64,000 nt of DNA from Opitutales bacterium (GTDB taxonomy: Bacteria; Verrucomicrobiota; Verrucomicrobiia; Opitutales; Coraliomargaritaceae): contig JBMYNR010000004.1 of assembly GCA_049598495.1 (NCBI GenBank), positions 18,911-82,910 on the forward strand, given 5' to 3'. The notes beneath the pieces were generated by a model. The model saw only the letters and a list, made by a program, of their open reading frames with translations, made no database searches and was not told where the DNA came from. This document shows, piece by piece, positions 11,374 to 22,191 of this stretch. The position numbers and the translations under genes were made by a program. Position 1 is the stretch's first letter; each line of letters opens with the position of its first letter.

Positions 11374-11392
11374 TTTAAAAAATTGCTTAAGT

Positions 11393-12502
11393 ATGCGTCT
11401 TAACGATAATAAAAAAGAGATTGGTATCCTCGGACTTTTCTTCGGTTTGTTGATGTTGATCCCGACGCTGAACGCATGGGGCCCGGATTCGGGCTTTATG
11501 TCGATCAGTTCATTTCAAGTATCGCTTTGGGGTAAATACCTGACCTATGCGATTCTGGCTATGAGCCTGAATCTACTTTGGGGTTACACGGGGCTACTCT
11601 GCTTATGCCAAAGCCTGTTCTTCGCACTGGGAGGATACATGATGGGGATGTATCTGATGCTGATGATCGGAGAGCGCGGTGCTTATGGAAGTGCCCTGCC
11701 GGATTTCATGGTTTTTCTGGGTTATCAGGAATTGCCGATCCACTGGACCCCATTCTACAACTTCTGGTTTGCGACCGGAGCGGTGCTTTGGGTGCCGGGA
11801 CTGCTTGCCCTCATCTTCGGTTTCCTTGCGTTTCGATCGCGAATCAAAGGGGTATATTTTTCTATCCTTACACAGGCGCTGACCTATGCGTGTTGTTTGC
11901 TGTTCTTTCGCAATGACTTTACCTTTGGCGGTAACAACGGGTTCACAGACTTCAAGGATATACTGGGCATGGATCTAAACTCGGCGAGCACGACTCGCTG
12001 CCTGTATGTCGCGACTGTGCTGTTGCTCTTGCTTACTTACATAATCACATCCGGCTTACTCAAATCTAAGTTGGGCAAGGTGCAGCAAGCGATTCGTGAT
12101 TCAGAAAACCGTGTGTTGTTTTCCGGTTATTCGACAACGAGCTTCAAGCTGATGATCTTTGTGCTCTCAGCGATGATCGCCGGAGCTGCTGGAGCACTAT
12201 ACGTGCCGCAGGTTGGTGGGATAAACCCCAGTGCCATGGAGGCCGCAAAATCGCTCGAGGTGGTCGTTTGGGTAGCGGTTGGGGGTCGGGGAACCAAGTG
12301 GGGGCCGGTGATCGGTGCCATATTGGTCAACTTGCTGAAAAGTTATACCACTCAGGCGTTCCCGGATTACTGGCTGATAATTATGGGCGGGCTTTTTGTC
12401 TTTGTTGTTTTGGTCATGCCGGACGGCCTAGTCGGTGTGTTCAGGCAGGCCAAGAGCTGGATTGCTCAGAAACGTTCACTCCAAACCGAGGCAACTGCTT
12501 AA
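11393..12502 (+). CDS. urtC: Urea ABC transporter permease
   Basis: [34 protein letters not shown] and [10 protein letters not shown] motifs; start codon approximate. Confidence 0.95.
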   Translation: MRLNDNKKEIGILGLFFGLLMLIPTLNAWGPDSGFMSISSFQVSLWGKYLTYAILAMSLNLLWGYTGLLCLCQSLFFALGGYMMGMYLMLMIGERGAYGSALPDFMVFLGYQELPIHWTPFYNFWFATGAVLWVPGLLALIFGFLAFRSRIKGVYFSILTQALTYACCLLFFRNDFTFGGNNGFTDFKDILGMDLNSASTTRCLYVATVLLLLLTYIITSGLLKSKLGKVQQAIRDSENRVLFSGYSTTSFKLMIFVLSAMIAGAAGALYVPQVGGINPSAMEAAKSLEVVVWVAVGGRGTKWGPVIGAILVNLLKSYTTQAFPDYWLIIMGGLFVFVVLVMPDGLVGVFRQAKSWIAQKRSLQTEATA

Positions 12503-12506
12503 GACG

Positions 12507-13319
<813 letters not shown>

Positions 13320-13325
13320 AGACCA

Positions 13326-14057
13326 ATGATTGTAGAAGACAAAAAACTGCCCGCTGCTCCATTGCTTTCCGTTGAAGCTCTGAAGGCGAGTTATGATGAG
13401 TCGATCATACTACGTGGTATCGACATGGTTGTGCCGCCCAATTCGGTTGTTGCCTTGTTGGGCCGCAACGGAGTCGGAAAAACCTCGCTCTTGCGCAGCA
13501 TTATGGGGTTGATGCCTAGGACTGTGGGAAGGATTACCTTCGATGGAGAACCGATCAGTAATATGCGGGCGGATCAGCGAGCGCGACTTGGCTTAGGCTA
13601 CGTGCCGCAGGGACGTGACATCTTTCCTAATCTCACTGTGCAGGAAAATCTCGAGGTCAGCTTGAGTATTTCCGGAGCTGCGGGTTATGGGCGCCTTGAA
13701 GAGGTGTACGAATTGTTTCCGGTAATTAAGGATATGCTTGGCCGTAAGGGGGGCGTACTATCCGGTGGTCAGCAGCAACAGCTTGCGATTGGACGTGCAT
13801 TGCTGACGAATCCCAAGCTATTGATTCTCGATGAGCCGACCGAGGGTATCCAGCCATCCATTATCGATCAGATTGAGGATGCGATTCACCTGCTGAAGAA
13901 GCAGGGAAGTCTCAGCATTATTCTAGTTGAGCAATATCTTGATTTTGCTAAGGCTGCCAGCGATACCTTCTATATTCTCGACCGCGGCAGTGTCGTTCTC
14001 TCCGGGGAGTCCGGCGAGCTGACGCCTGAAGTCATTGAAAAGCACCTTACTGTCTAG
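13326..14057 (+). CDS. urtE: Urea ABC transporter ATP-binding protein
   Basis: GRNGVGKT, LSGGQQQQLAIGRAL and LDEPTEGIQP motifs. Confidence 0.95.
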   Translation: MIVEDKKLPAAPLLSVEALKASYDESIILRGIDMVVPPNSVVALLGRNGVGKTSLLRSIMGLMPRTVGRITFDGEPISNMRADQRARLGLGYVPQGRDIFPNLTVQENLEVSLSISGAAGYGRLEEVYELFPVIKDMLGRKGGVLSGGQQQQLAIGRALLTNPKLLILDEPTEGIQPSIIDQIEDAIHLLKKQGSLSIILVEQYLDFAKAASDTFYILDRGSVVLSGESGELTPEVIEKHLTV

Positions 14058-14063
14058 ATACCC

Positions 14064-14366
14064 ATGCACCTAACACCTCGTGAACAGGAAAAGCTGATGG
14101 TTGTGGTGGCCGCGGATCTCGCCCGTCGTCGCCAAGGACGTGGACTAAAACTTAATTATCCCGAATCTATTGCGATTATCACCTACGAGATTCTAGAAGG
14201 AATCCGTGACGGCAAGAGTGTCGCCGACCTCATGAGTTTCGGCACGGAAATTCTCAAGCGCGAAGATGTCTTGGAGGGCGTTCCGGAAATGATTCAAGAA
14301 GTGCAGGTCGAGGGCACCTTCCCTGACGGCACAAAACTGGTTACCGTTCATAATCCGATCCGATGA
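14064..14366 (+). CDS. ureA: Urease gamma subunit
   Basis: [11 protein letters not shown]...[17 protein letters not shown]. Confidence 0.98.
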   Translation: MHLTPREQEKLMVVVAADLARRRQGRGLKLNYPESIAIITYEILEGIRDGKSVADLMSFGTEILKREDVLEGVPEMIQEVQVEGTFPDGTKLVTVHNPIR

Positions 14367-14677
14367 TTCCCGGGGAATACAAATACTCTAATCCTAACGA
14401 ATTGCTGGCTGGAAATCCCGGTTTGGTGACTATCTGTATAGAAGTTACGAATGCAGGCGACCGTCCGGTTCAGATTGGTAGTCACTTTCATTTCTACGAG
14501 GTCAATGAGTCCTTGCTGTTTGAGCGAGAAGCGACGAAGGGTTTTCGTTTGAATATCGCTGCCGGCACGGCAGTGCGTTTTGAGCCGGGAGATGTTCGGG
14601 AGGTGGAGCTCGTAGCCCTTGCCGGTGAGCGCCTCGTCTACGGTTTGAATAACAAGGTGGATAGTGCTCTTGATTAA
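14363..14677 (+). CDS. ureB: Urease beta subunit
   Basis: MIPGEY...[13 protein letters not shown]...GTAVRFEPG. Confidence 0.98.
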   Translation: MIPGEYKYSNPNELLAGNPGLVTICIEVTNAGDRPVQIGSHFHFYEVNESLLFEREATKGFRLNIAAGTAVRFEPGDVREVELVALAGERLVYGLNNKVDSALD

Positions 14678-14694
14678 CCCCGCGGATTATTACC

Positions 14695-16428
14695 ATGAGT
14701 CTTGAATTTACACGTCGTCAATACGCCGAGATGTTCGGCCCCACCTTGGGTGTTCAAGTGCGCCTCGCCGATACGGAACTGTTTATCGAGGTGGAGCGAG
14801 ACCTGATTGCTGAAGCTGGAGGGTATGGAAATGAGGTCAAATTTGGCGGAGGCAAAGTCATTCGTGACGGCATGGGCCAATCGCCGCTAGCCGTAGGGGA
14901 GGATTGCCTCGATTTGGTGCTCACCAATGCCACTATCATTGATCCGGTGCTTGGGATCATTAAGGCTGACATCGGAGTGAAGGAAGGCCGTATTGCCGGA
15001 ATCGGGCATGCGGGCAATCCTTTGATCCAGTCAGGGATCACTGAGGGGATGGTGATCGGTGCCGGCACTGAGGTGATTGCGGCTGAGGGGCATATTGTTA
15101 CTGCGGGCGGATTTGACTCACACATTCACTTTATTTGCCCACAACAGATCAACGAAGCCCTCTCCAGTGGAGTGACCACTATGACCGGTGGCGGCACCGG
15201 GCCTGCGACGGGTACGAATGCGACGACCTGCACGCCGGGCAAATGGAACATCCACAAAATGCTTGAGGCGGCCGAAGCCTTTCCGATGAACCTTGGTTTC
15301 ATGGGTAAGGGCAATGCATCCAACCTCGCTGCACTACGTGAGCAGGTCGATGCCGGGGCTATGGGGCTTAAGTTACACGAGGACTGGGGGACGACCCCGA
15401 GTGCCATCGACCATTGCTTGACGGTGGCTGATGAGTTGGATGTGCAGGTAGCAATCCATACGGATACTTTGAATGAGTCTGGCTTTGTAGAAACCACAAT
15501 CGGAGCCTTTAAGGATCGAGTCATTCATACCTTTCACTCTGAAGGAGCCGGCGGCGGCCACGCCCCGGACATTATGAAGGTGTGTGGCTTGCCGAATGTG
15601 CTGCCATCCTCGACAAATCCGACACGGCCTTTCACCGTAAATACCATCGATGAGCACTTGGATATGCTCATGGTCTGCCACCATCTGGACTCCAAAATCC
15701 CCGAGGATGTCGCTTTTGCGGAATCACGCATCCGACCGCAGACGATTGCAGCCGAAGATATCCTGCACGACCGGGGCGCGATCTCTATTATGTCGAGTGA
15801 CAGTCAAGCGATGGGACGTGTGGGCGAAGTGATTATTCGCACATGGCAGACTGCCGATAAGATGAAGAAGCAATTCGGTAAGTTGGAATCCAAGGAGCAT
15901 CCTGCTGCGGACAATTTCCGAGTGTTGCGCTATGTCGCAAAATACACAATCAACCCAGCAATTGCCTGTGGCTGTGCAGCGGATGTCGGTAGTCTCGAAG
16001 TTGGCAAGCTCGCGGATATCGTGATCTTCAAGCCTGCGCTATTTGGCGTGAAGCCGGAGTTTGTGCTGAAGGGTGGAATGATTGCAATGGCCAATATGGG
16101 CGACCCGAACGCGTCGATTCCGACGCCACAGCCAATGTATTATCGTCCGCAGTTTGCTTCCTTTGGTAAGGCTCTCGAAAAAACCTCAATTACTTTCGTA
16201 AGCCAGTCGGCAGTGGATAAGAATGTCGCAGCTGAGCTCGGTTTGGAAAAAATCATACGCCCTGTCATGGACACGCGGAAAATTTCGAAGTACGATATGG
16301 TTTTGAATGATTATTTACCTGAGATTAAGATAGATCCTGAGACCTACACCGTCACCGCCGACGGCGAGATCCTGACTTGTGAGCCGGCGGAGTCTTTACC
16401 TATGGCTCAGCGGTATTTTTTATTCTAG
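14695..16428 (+). CDS. ureC: Urease alpha subunit
   Basis: [27 protein letters not shown] and [12 protein letters not shown] motifs. Confidence 0.99.
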   Translation: MSLEFTRRQYAEMFGPTLGVQVRLADTELFIEVERDLIAEAGGYGNEVKFGGGKVIRDGMGQSPLAVGEDCLDLVLTNATIIDPVLGIIKADIGVKEGRIAGIGHAGNPLIQSGITEGMVIGAGTEVIAAEGHIVTAGGFDSHIHFICPQQINEALSSGVTTMTGGGTGPATGTNATTCTPGKWNIHKMLEAAEAFPMNLGFMGKGNASNLAALREQVDAGAMGLKLHEDWGTTPSAIDHCLTVADELDVQVAIHTDTLNESGFVETTIGAFKDRVIHTFHSEGAGGGHAPDIMKVCGLPNVLPSSTNPTRPFTVNTIDEHLDMLMVCHHLDSKIPEDVAFAESRIRPQTIAAEDILHDRGAISIMSSDSQAMGRVGEVIIRTWQTADKMKKQFGKLESKEHPAADNFRVLRYVAKYTINPAIACGCAADVGSLEVGKLADIVIFKPALFGVKPEFVLKGGMIAMANMGDPNASIPTPQPMYYRPQFASFGKALEKTSITFVSQSAVDKNVAAELGLEKIIRPVMDTRKISKYDMVLNDYLPEIKIDPETYTVTADGEILTCEPAESLPMAQRYFLF

Positions 16429-16430
16429 AT

Positions 16431-16874
16431 ATGCACCTTGTGACCCAAGCACTCTCCGGATTTCCTGAAGGTTTAAATGTCGTCAAGGTTGAGGTCGATC
16501 GCCACAAGCTATCTCGCCGTCGCTGGCGTGGCACAGCCAAGGATGGCAGCGATTTCGGTTTTGATGTAAACGAGGCGCTCAGTCATGGAGATTGCATCCA
16601 TGTAACGGATACAGAAATCTATGTGATTGAGCAGCAGGCGGAGGATTGCTTTCTCGTGCCGATCAAGGAGGCGAAGAAAGCAGCTTGGGTTGGCTGGATG
16701 ATCGGCAATTTGCATTTTAAGGCAGCGTTTACTGAGGAGGGCGTCTTGGTGCAGGATGATCTCGCAGTGCAGCAGATGTTGGAGCGAGAATATATTCATT
16801 ATCATAGGGTGAAGCAGATCTTTCAACCGGCCAAGCAGGGTGGGCATTCACACGATCATCATCATTCACATTAG
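16431..16874 (+). CDS. ureE: Urease accessory nickel chaperone
   Basis: IGNLH motif and His-rich tail GGHSHDHHHSH. Confidence 0.92.
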   Translation: MHLVTQALSGFPEGLNVVKVEVDRHKLSRRRWRGTAKDGSDFGFDVNEALSHGDCIHVTDTEIYVIEQQAEDCFLVPIKEAKKAAWVGWMIGNLHFKAAFTEEGVLVQDDLAVQQMLEREYIHYHRVKQIFQPAKQGGHSHDHHHSH

Positions 16875-16877
16875 ATT

Positions 16878-17585
16878 ATGATGCCTTCTGAACAGACGGC
16901 AGACTGGGTGCCCGCGCTTTTGCAGTTATCGGATCCCTTGTTTCCCACAGGGGCCTATGCGCACTCTATGGGGTTGGAGCAGTGGGCAGAGACTTGCGGG
17001 TATCGGAACGCGGAGGACTTGATCGAGTTTTTCGAGAACCATGCAGGGCCTTCTCTGTTGCGCTTAGAGTTGCCCTATCTTCGATTTGCGACGATCTTAC
17101 TACGCACTGGCGAGATGGAGGCGCTCTTTGAGCTCGAATCTGAAATCGACGCGTGGAAGTGGGCCAGCGAGATTCGCGAGGCGAGTATCGCTCAGGGACG
17201 TGGACGCTTGCGCCTTCTAAAGAAGCTTTGGGACGGTTCCGAATATATCGATGCGTATTCTCAAGGATTTGCTACCGGACGAGTTCGTGGGCATCACCTA
17301 ATTGTCAGTGCCTTACAGTTTCGGCGTTTATCCGTGCCGGACGAGGCGGCGTTGATGACTTACGGCTATCAGAACTTGGCCAACTACGTCTCAGCCTCAG
17401 TTAAGCTTTTGCGCATCAGCCCCGAGTCGGCTCAGCGAGCACTTCATGCTGGTCTGGAAATGTTGCCGACCTGGGTAGCTGAGTCTCAGTTAGTCGAGCG
17501 GGAAGATGCCGGTTGGTTTGCGCCTGCATTTGATATCGCCTGTGCGCGACACGCTTCGGCTTTCTCCCGTCTTTTTATTTCTTAG
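16878..17585 (+). CDS. ureF: Urease accessory protein
   Basis: [20 protein letters not shown] and C-terminal SRLFIS. Confidence 0.95.
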   Translation: MMPSEQTADWVPALLQLSDPLFPTGAYAHSMGLEQWAETCGYRNAEDLIEFFENHAGPSLLRLELPYLRFATILLRTGEMEALFELESEIDAWKWASEIREASIAQGRGRLRLLKKLWDGSEYIDAYSQGFATGRVRGHHLIVSALQFRRLSVPDEAALMTYGYQNLANYVSASVKLLRISPESAQRALHAGLEMLPTWVAESQLVEREDAGWFAPAFDIACARHASAFSRLFIS

Positions 17586-17590
17586 ATTAT

Positions 17591-18226
17591 ATGACTGATA
17601 CAAACACTTCTCGGCCCATTCGTGTCGGCATCGGAGGCCCCGTTGGTTCCGGTAAGACGATGTTGCTGCTCCGCTTGATCGAAGCTCTGCACGAACGCTA
17701 CTCACTCGTTGCCATCACGAATGATATTTATACCAAAGAGGACGAACAGTATCTCGTTAAAAACAGTCCGCTGGAAGGTAGCCGCATCCTCGGCGTCGAG
17801 ACCGGTGGCTGCCCTCACACTGCGATCCGTGATGATACGAGCATGAACGAAGTTGCGATCGAGGACCTCACGATACGCCACCCCGACACGCAGGTAGTTT
17901 TGCTGGAGAGTGGTGGTGATAATTTGTCAGCGACCTACTCTCCAGACCTTGTGGATGCCTTTATTTATGTGATCGATGTTGCTGAAGGTGACAAAATTCC
18001 ACGCAAAGGGGGGCCGGCGATTCGTTTTTCAGACCTCATGATTATAAATAAGACAGAGCTCGCTCCTTATGTGGGTGCAGATCTTGAAGTGATGGACCGT
18101 GATTCCAAGAAGATGCGGGAGGAGCGACCTTATGTGTTTTGCGATCTGAAGAGTTATAAGGGCTTGGATGAAGTGATCGCATGGCTTGAGCAGGAATGCT
18201 TTTTCGCTGTCAAGAGCTCATGTTGA
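17591..18226 (+). CDS. ureG: Urease accessory GTPase
   Basis: [20 protein letters not shown] and ESGGDNL motifs. Confidence 0.98.
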   Translation: MTDTNTSRPIRVGIGGPVGSGKTMLLLRLIEALHERYSLVAITNDIYTKEDEQYLVKNSPLEGSRILGVETGGCPHTAIRDDTSMNEVAIEDLTIRHPDTQVVLLESGGDNLSATYSPDLVDAFIYVIDVAEGDKIPRKGGPAIRFSDLMIINKTELAPYVGADLEVMDRDSKKMREERPYVFCDLKSYKGLDEVIAWLEQECFFAVKSSC

Positions 18227-19080
18227 TTGAAGGGGTAGAAGCAGTATCCGGACGACCGGCCGTGCATGGTGGGGCTCGCTTACGCTATGAGTTGGCGCCG
18301 GGATTTGGTACGCGCTTGCAAGGACAGTGGGTGCGGCCACCCTTGCATTTGGCTAAAGCATACCACGAAGACGATTGGGCTGTTAGTATAATGACAAGCC
18401 CGACGGCTGGCCTGCTGGATGGCGACTTGCTGGAAGTGGACGCGATTCTTACTGAAGGTGCGAAAGCTGCATTGATCAGCCCGGCCGCTTGTCGCGTGCA
18501 TACGATGGCTCAAGGCTATGCTTCGGTCCAACAGTGCTATCGTGTCGAGTCTGGTGCTGTTCTGGATATATGGCCGGCACCGATGGTCTTGCAGAAGGAT
18601 GCCGCTTTGCGGCAGAGTATATGCCTGCATGTGGCGGCCGATGCGACTGTCTTGTTTTGTGAGACGATCGCCCCGGGGCGTGCTGCCTATGGCGAGCGCT
18701 TTGAATTCCGTGAATGGCGCTCGAAGCTTCGCATATACCGGGAAGAAAATCTACTTGCTTATGAAAACTTCAATTGCTCCCCGAAGAGAGGCGATCTTGC
18801 TGATTGGCGGGCTCTGTATCCGGAGGGTTCTTATGCTAGCTTCTATTACCTAACACGCGAGCCTTTGGGCGATTTGGTTCAAAAGTTGCACGATTTGGAA
18901 ACGCCGAAGGCAAGTATCGGTGCGAGTCCATTGCGTGAGGGGGGGCTTGGTATCAAAATTCTTGCTACGAATGGTGTGCAGTTGCGTAAGCTCGTCTTTC
19001 GAGTTCGAAATCTTCTGATTCCGCACTCGAAACAAGTATTCCCCCGCGCGCTGCAACGCGCTCAAACATTCTTTCATTAA
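18220..19080 (+). CDS. ureD: Urease accessory protein
   Basis: [10 protein letters not shown] and [12 protein letters not shown] motifs; last gene of the operon. Confidence 0.9.
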   Translation: MLIEGVEAVSGRPAVHGGARLRYELAPGFGTRLQGQWVRPPLHLAKAYHEDDWAVSIMTSPTAGLLDGDLLEVDAILTEGAKAALISPAACRVHTMAQGYASVQQCYRVESGAVLDIWPAPMVLQKDAALRQSICLHVAADATVLFCETIAPGRAAYGERFEFREWRSKLRIYREENLLAYENFNCSPKRGDLADWRALYPEGSYASFYYLTREPLGDLVQKLHDLETPKASIGASPLREGGLGIKILATNGVQLRKLVFRVRNLLIPHSKQVFPRALQRAQTFFH

Positions 19081-19225
19081 ATCATACCCATTCTACCCGG
19101 TTCAATTGAGTCCATGGGCATCGTTCTCATGGAAGGGGTATTTGGAGCATCTGCCCTAAGATGGACTTAGATCAGGTGTAGCTACGACACTCCGCTACCG
19201 TGGCTGCCTGCACGAGCGCCTCAAT

Positions 19226-19294
19226 AGATACGTCTTCGCTCTGAGAGCTACGCCGAGACATGGTGAGGCGACTATACATCACTAGTCAAACGAA
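19226..19294. repeat. Dispersed ~70-bp intergenic repeat A, copy 2
   Basis: AGATACGTCTTCGCTCTGAGAGCTACGCCGAGACATGGTGAGG...CTAGTCAAACGAA; inverted match to 5219-5288. Confidence 0.85.
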
Positions 19295-19306
19295 GCGTGG
19301 GACGCT

Positions 19307-20218
19307 CTAACTCTTTGGCAGGAAAAAGCCACGTTGTTTTTTGCTGATTTCAAGCCCGCATTTTTGCATCACTTCCATCATGTCTTCCCAGACCATACGC
19401 TTGGTCTTCATCGTGCCATTGCGAAGCAAGTAAGACGGATGAAATGTAATCATCAGGGGGATCTCTGCAAAGCTGGCCCATGTGCCCCTTACGTTCCCCA
19501 TCTTCCGCGTTGGATCGGGGCCGAGCAGGCCGGTGACAGCCGTGTTCCCTAGGGCGACAATAATTTTCGGTCGAATGATTTCAATTTGTGCTTTGAGGTA
19601 GGGTAAGCAGTAACGCATCTCTTCGACGGTCGGGGGGCGATTGCCGTAGGGCTTGTCGTGCTCAGGCCTCCATTTGAGAATATTGGCGATATAGACTGTT
19701 TCGCGGCCGAGTCCCATCGCGTTGATGATTTTGTCTAATAATTGTCCTGCATTCCCCACAAAAGGTTCTCCTGCCAATTCTTCGTCAGCCCCCGGTGCTT
19801 CCCCGCAAAAGAAGATATCGGCGGTGGTGCTTCCCGTGCCGAAGACGACCTTGCCTTTTTCGCTCAAATGCTCGTTGCAGACAGGGCAGGCGAGCACCTG
19901 TTCGCGCAGCCAGCCCAGTTGTTCTTCCGCAGAACCTTCGGGTAACTCCACTGTGGGGGCCGTTTCCGGGATGGGGGCAAATTCAGAAGCGGGCTGAGGT
20001 TTGGCCTTTGATGTCGGCGCTTTTATCGACTGGTTTTGGATCAGTGCCTTAAGATCGCCATGGTCGGCTGGTGTAGCTTTCGGTTCTGCCTTTCCTTCAG
20101 CGCTGTCCTCCTGAGGGGTGAGCAGGCGCATCGTCGAATCTTCGACGAAAACCCGGTTGACTCCATCTCGCTGCAAACGGCGTAGCTCGCTGGCAATTGC
20201 TTCAAGGGCTTCGGACAT
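19307..20218 (-). CDS. Uracil-DNA glycosylase family 4 (Fe-S) with N-terminal extension
   Basis: CPVC, GEAPGADEE...PFVG, NRPP and TFHPSYLLR motifs. Confidence 0.93.
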   Translation of the reverse strand: MSEALEAIASELRRLQRDGVNRVFVEDSTMRLLTPQEDSAEGKAEPKATPADHGDLKALIQNQSIKAPTSKAKPQPASEFAPIPETAPTVELPEGSAEEQLGWLREQVLACPVCNEHLSEKGKVVFGTGSTTADIFFCGEAPGADEELAGEPFVGNAGQLLDKIINAMGLGRETVYIANILKWRPEHDKPYGNRPPTVEEMRYCLPYLKAQIEIIRPKIIVALGNTAVTGLLGPDPTRKMGNVRGTWASFAEIPLMITFHPSYLLRNGTMKTKRMVWEDMMEVMQKCGLEISKKQRGFFLPKS

Positions 20219-20260
20219 AGTCCGAGAGTTGTTGAAGCTGCCTTGCGCGTCGAGTCACTT

Positions 20261-20788
20261 TTAACGATTCATGAAGAAAACGCAGCTTCGGGGAATCACT
20301 GATAGAAAAAGAATGGCTGCGCCGAAAATAAGAAAGACCGTGCTTGGGCCAGCGAGAAAGAGGATCACCATAGCGATCACCCAGCCTAAAAAAACGGTTT
20401 TGTGATATGTGGCTGCTTTGTGTGGAGGGCCTGATACTTGACTTGCTCCGAAGAATAGAGCGGCGATCGACAGCCTCAGGTGACTGTTGTCGATGCTTCC
20501 GATCAGGGCCCAGAGAATAAAAATTGCGGCGACTGCCTTTGCCGCGAAATAGGGGAGGTGTGTATACAGGGAAGCACCCCGATGACCATCGTTCCAATGA
20601 AGACCTCCGTAAACGAGGGTGGCCACTGATGCCATGATGATCGAGAGACCCCATACGTAGGTCAGACTGTTGATGGGTGCTTGATATTTCCGCACCAGAT
20701 ACTCGAGCACAAAGCACTTGGTGAACAGGAGGCCCCATAGAATATAGATGAGCTTTAAGCGACGCTCGGTTTTGGACTGTGGACTCAT
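20261..20788 (-). CDS. Hypothetical integral membrane protein
   Basis: About 5-6 hydrophobic helices; start chosen at MSPQSK. Confidence 0.6.
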   Translation of the reverse strand: MSPQSKTERRLKLIYILWGLLFTKCFVLEYLVRKYQAPINSLTYVWGLSIIMASVATLVYGGLHWNDGHRGASLYTHLPYFAAKAVAAIFILWALIGSIDNSHLRLSIAALFFGASQVSGPPHKAATYHKTVFLGWVIAMVILFLAGPSTVFLIFGAAILFLSVIPRSCVFFMNR

Positions 20789-21127
20789 TTTGAATAGGTA
20801 TGGATCGTTCGCACCCTGTGTCGTTTGTGGGAATGATTTTAGGTAAACATCTGTCACCAAGTAAGTTTTTGGCGGCAAGAGATGTGCCTTGGGTGGAAGA
20901 CGAATCTTTAATCGATCTCAAAACTTAATAGATTGCTGAATTAGGTCAAATTGAGTTGTGTCTTGATAGCGTGAGGAAGTTACACGCTGTCGACTGAGAA
21001 GGATCTACCGGTTCCCGAAGGGCAAAATATAGCGGTGCACACTGGCACACATAGACAGCTCTTGAATGAGAGATCGGCAAATGGATTAGGATTGCCGGGT
21101 GCGGCTGTCTGGATTGAGTTGCGAAGC

Positions 21128-21340
21128 ATGAAGAACGATCAAATTCGTGCCGACTTGGAACGTATCGTGGCCAGGCGCGCTCTACGAGGGGGAGAGACTC
21201 TCTCAGAAGTATTGGGGCGCCTCGACGGCCATGCGGCTTCGGGCGAACTCCCCGGGCGGCTTGAGCACTATCTTCAGAAGAGAAGCTACCAGAAGGCACT
21301 TGCTTGGTTGGATGAACCGGAGGCACCTCATCATCCATGA
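21128..21340 (+). CDS. Small hypothetical protein, translationally coupled to the SUI1-family gene
   Basis: LEHYLQKRSYQKALAWL; ATGA overlap with the next gene. Confidence 0.65.
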   Translation: MKNDQIRADLERIVARRALRGGETLSEVLGRLDGHAASGELPGRLEHYLQKRSYQKALAWLDEPEAPHHP

Positions 21341-21732
21341 GTCGGCGCAACCAGAAGAAGATCGCCACGGATGGGGCATCCGGAGCATTGAGTGGCAACC
21401 CGTTTGCCGCTCTCGATGGTTCCGGGTTGCCGCAAGGCAAGGTCCTACCGATCAAGTCCAAGGAATCGAAATCGCCCGGCAAGTCGAAGGGTCGAGTTGA
21501 GGTGCGTCGGGAAAAGTCTGGGCGCGGGGGGAAGACGGTCACGACGCTGCGGGAGTTTCCCTCTCACATTCCTTTGTCGACGCTTGAGGCCATGGCCTTC
21601 GAACTCAAAAAAATCTGCGCATGTGGCGGCTCGCTCAAGGGGCGGGTCGTCGAATTACAGGGTGATGTCCGTGACCGCGTCTGTGAGGAGCTCAATAGCA
21701 GAGGCTACCATGCGGTTCGTGCCGGTGGCTAG
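21337..21732 (+). CDS. yciH: Translation initiation factor SUI1/YciH family
   Basis: REKSGRGGKTVT, LKKICACGGS and ELQGD motifs. Confidence 0.9.
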   Translation: MSRRNQKKIATDGASGALSGNPFAALDGSGLPQGKVLPIKSKESKSPGKSKGRVEVRREKSGRGGKTVTTLREFPSHIPLSTLEAMAFELKKICACGGSLKGRVVELQGDVRDRVCEELNSRGYHAVRAGG

Positions 21733-21813
21733 GAAATGTCTGTGGATCTGAGCGTTTCACAGTTAATTATACATAGGGCTGTCGGACTTAATACGGTTTC
21801 GATAAAGGGTCTG

Positions 21814-21886
21814 TCCTTATTTTAGGTCGTGCGCGCTCGCCGCTTCGAGCTGGCGACAAGACCGATCCGAAGGAATCGGACCACGC
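21814..21886. repeat. Dispersed ~73-bp intergenic repeat B, copy 1 (inverted relative to 39775-39847)
   Basis: TTTTAGGTCG...AGCTGGCGACAAGACCGATCCGAAGGAATCGGACCACGC matches the reverse complement of 39775-39847. Confidence 0.85.
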
Positions 21887-22191
21887 GTCGTTCGGCGATC
21901 GATATCGTAGGTCTGTATGATGTGGATTGGCCGATATCACCAACTGGCGAATGACGGTTGTTCCGGTCCACATCACGCTCGGCCGTGTCGTCCCGCTTAG
22001 CGGGATACTGAACGGCGAAACCGCCTTACTAGGAGAAACCTTCGTTCATGTGGTATGACAATTCAACAACTATGAACCACTCAACTGCCTGCGGGACTTC
22101 CCGAGTCCGATACGCCCATGTTGTTTTGAGTTTCTATCGATTCTTACTCGGCTTGTTGGATCGCCACCAAGTTGACGGTATACTCTGACGT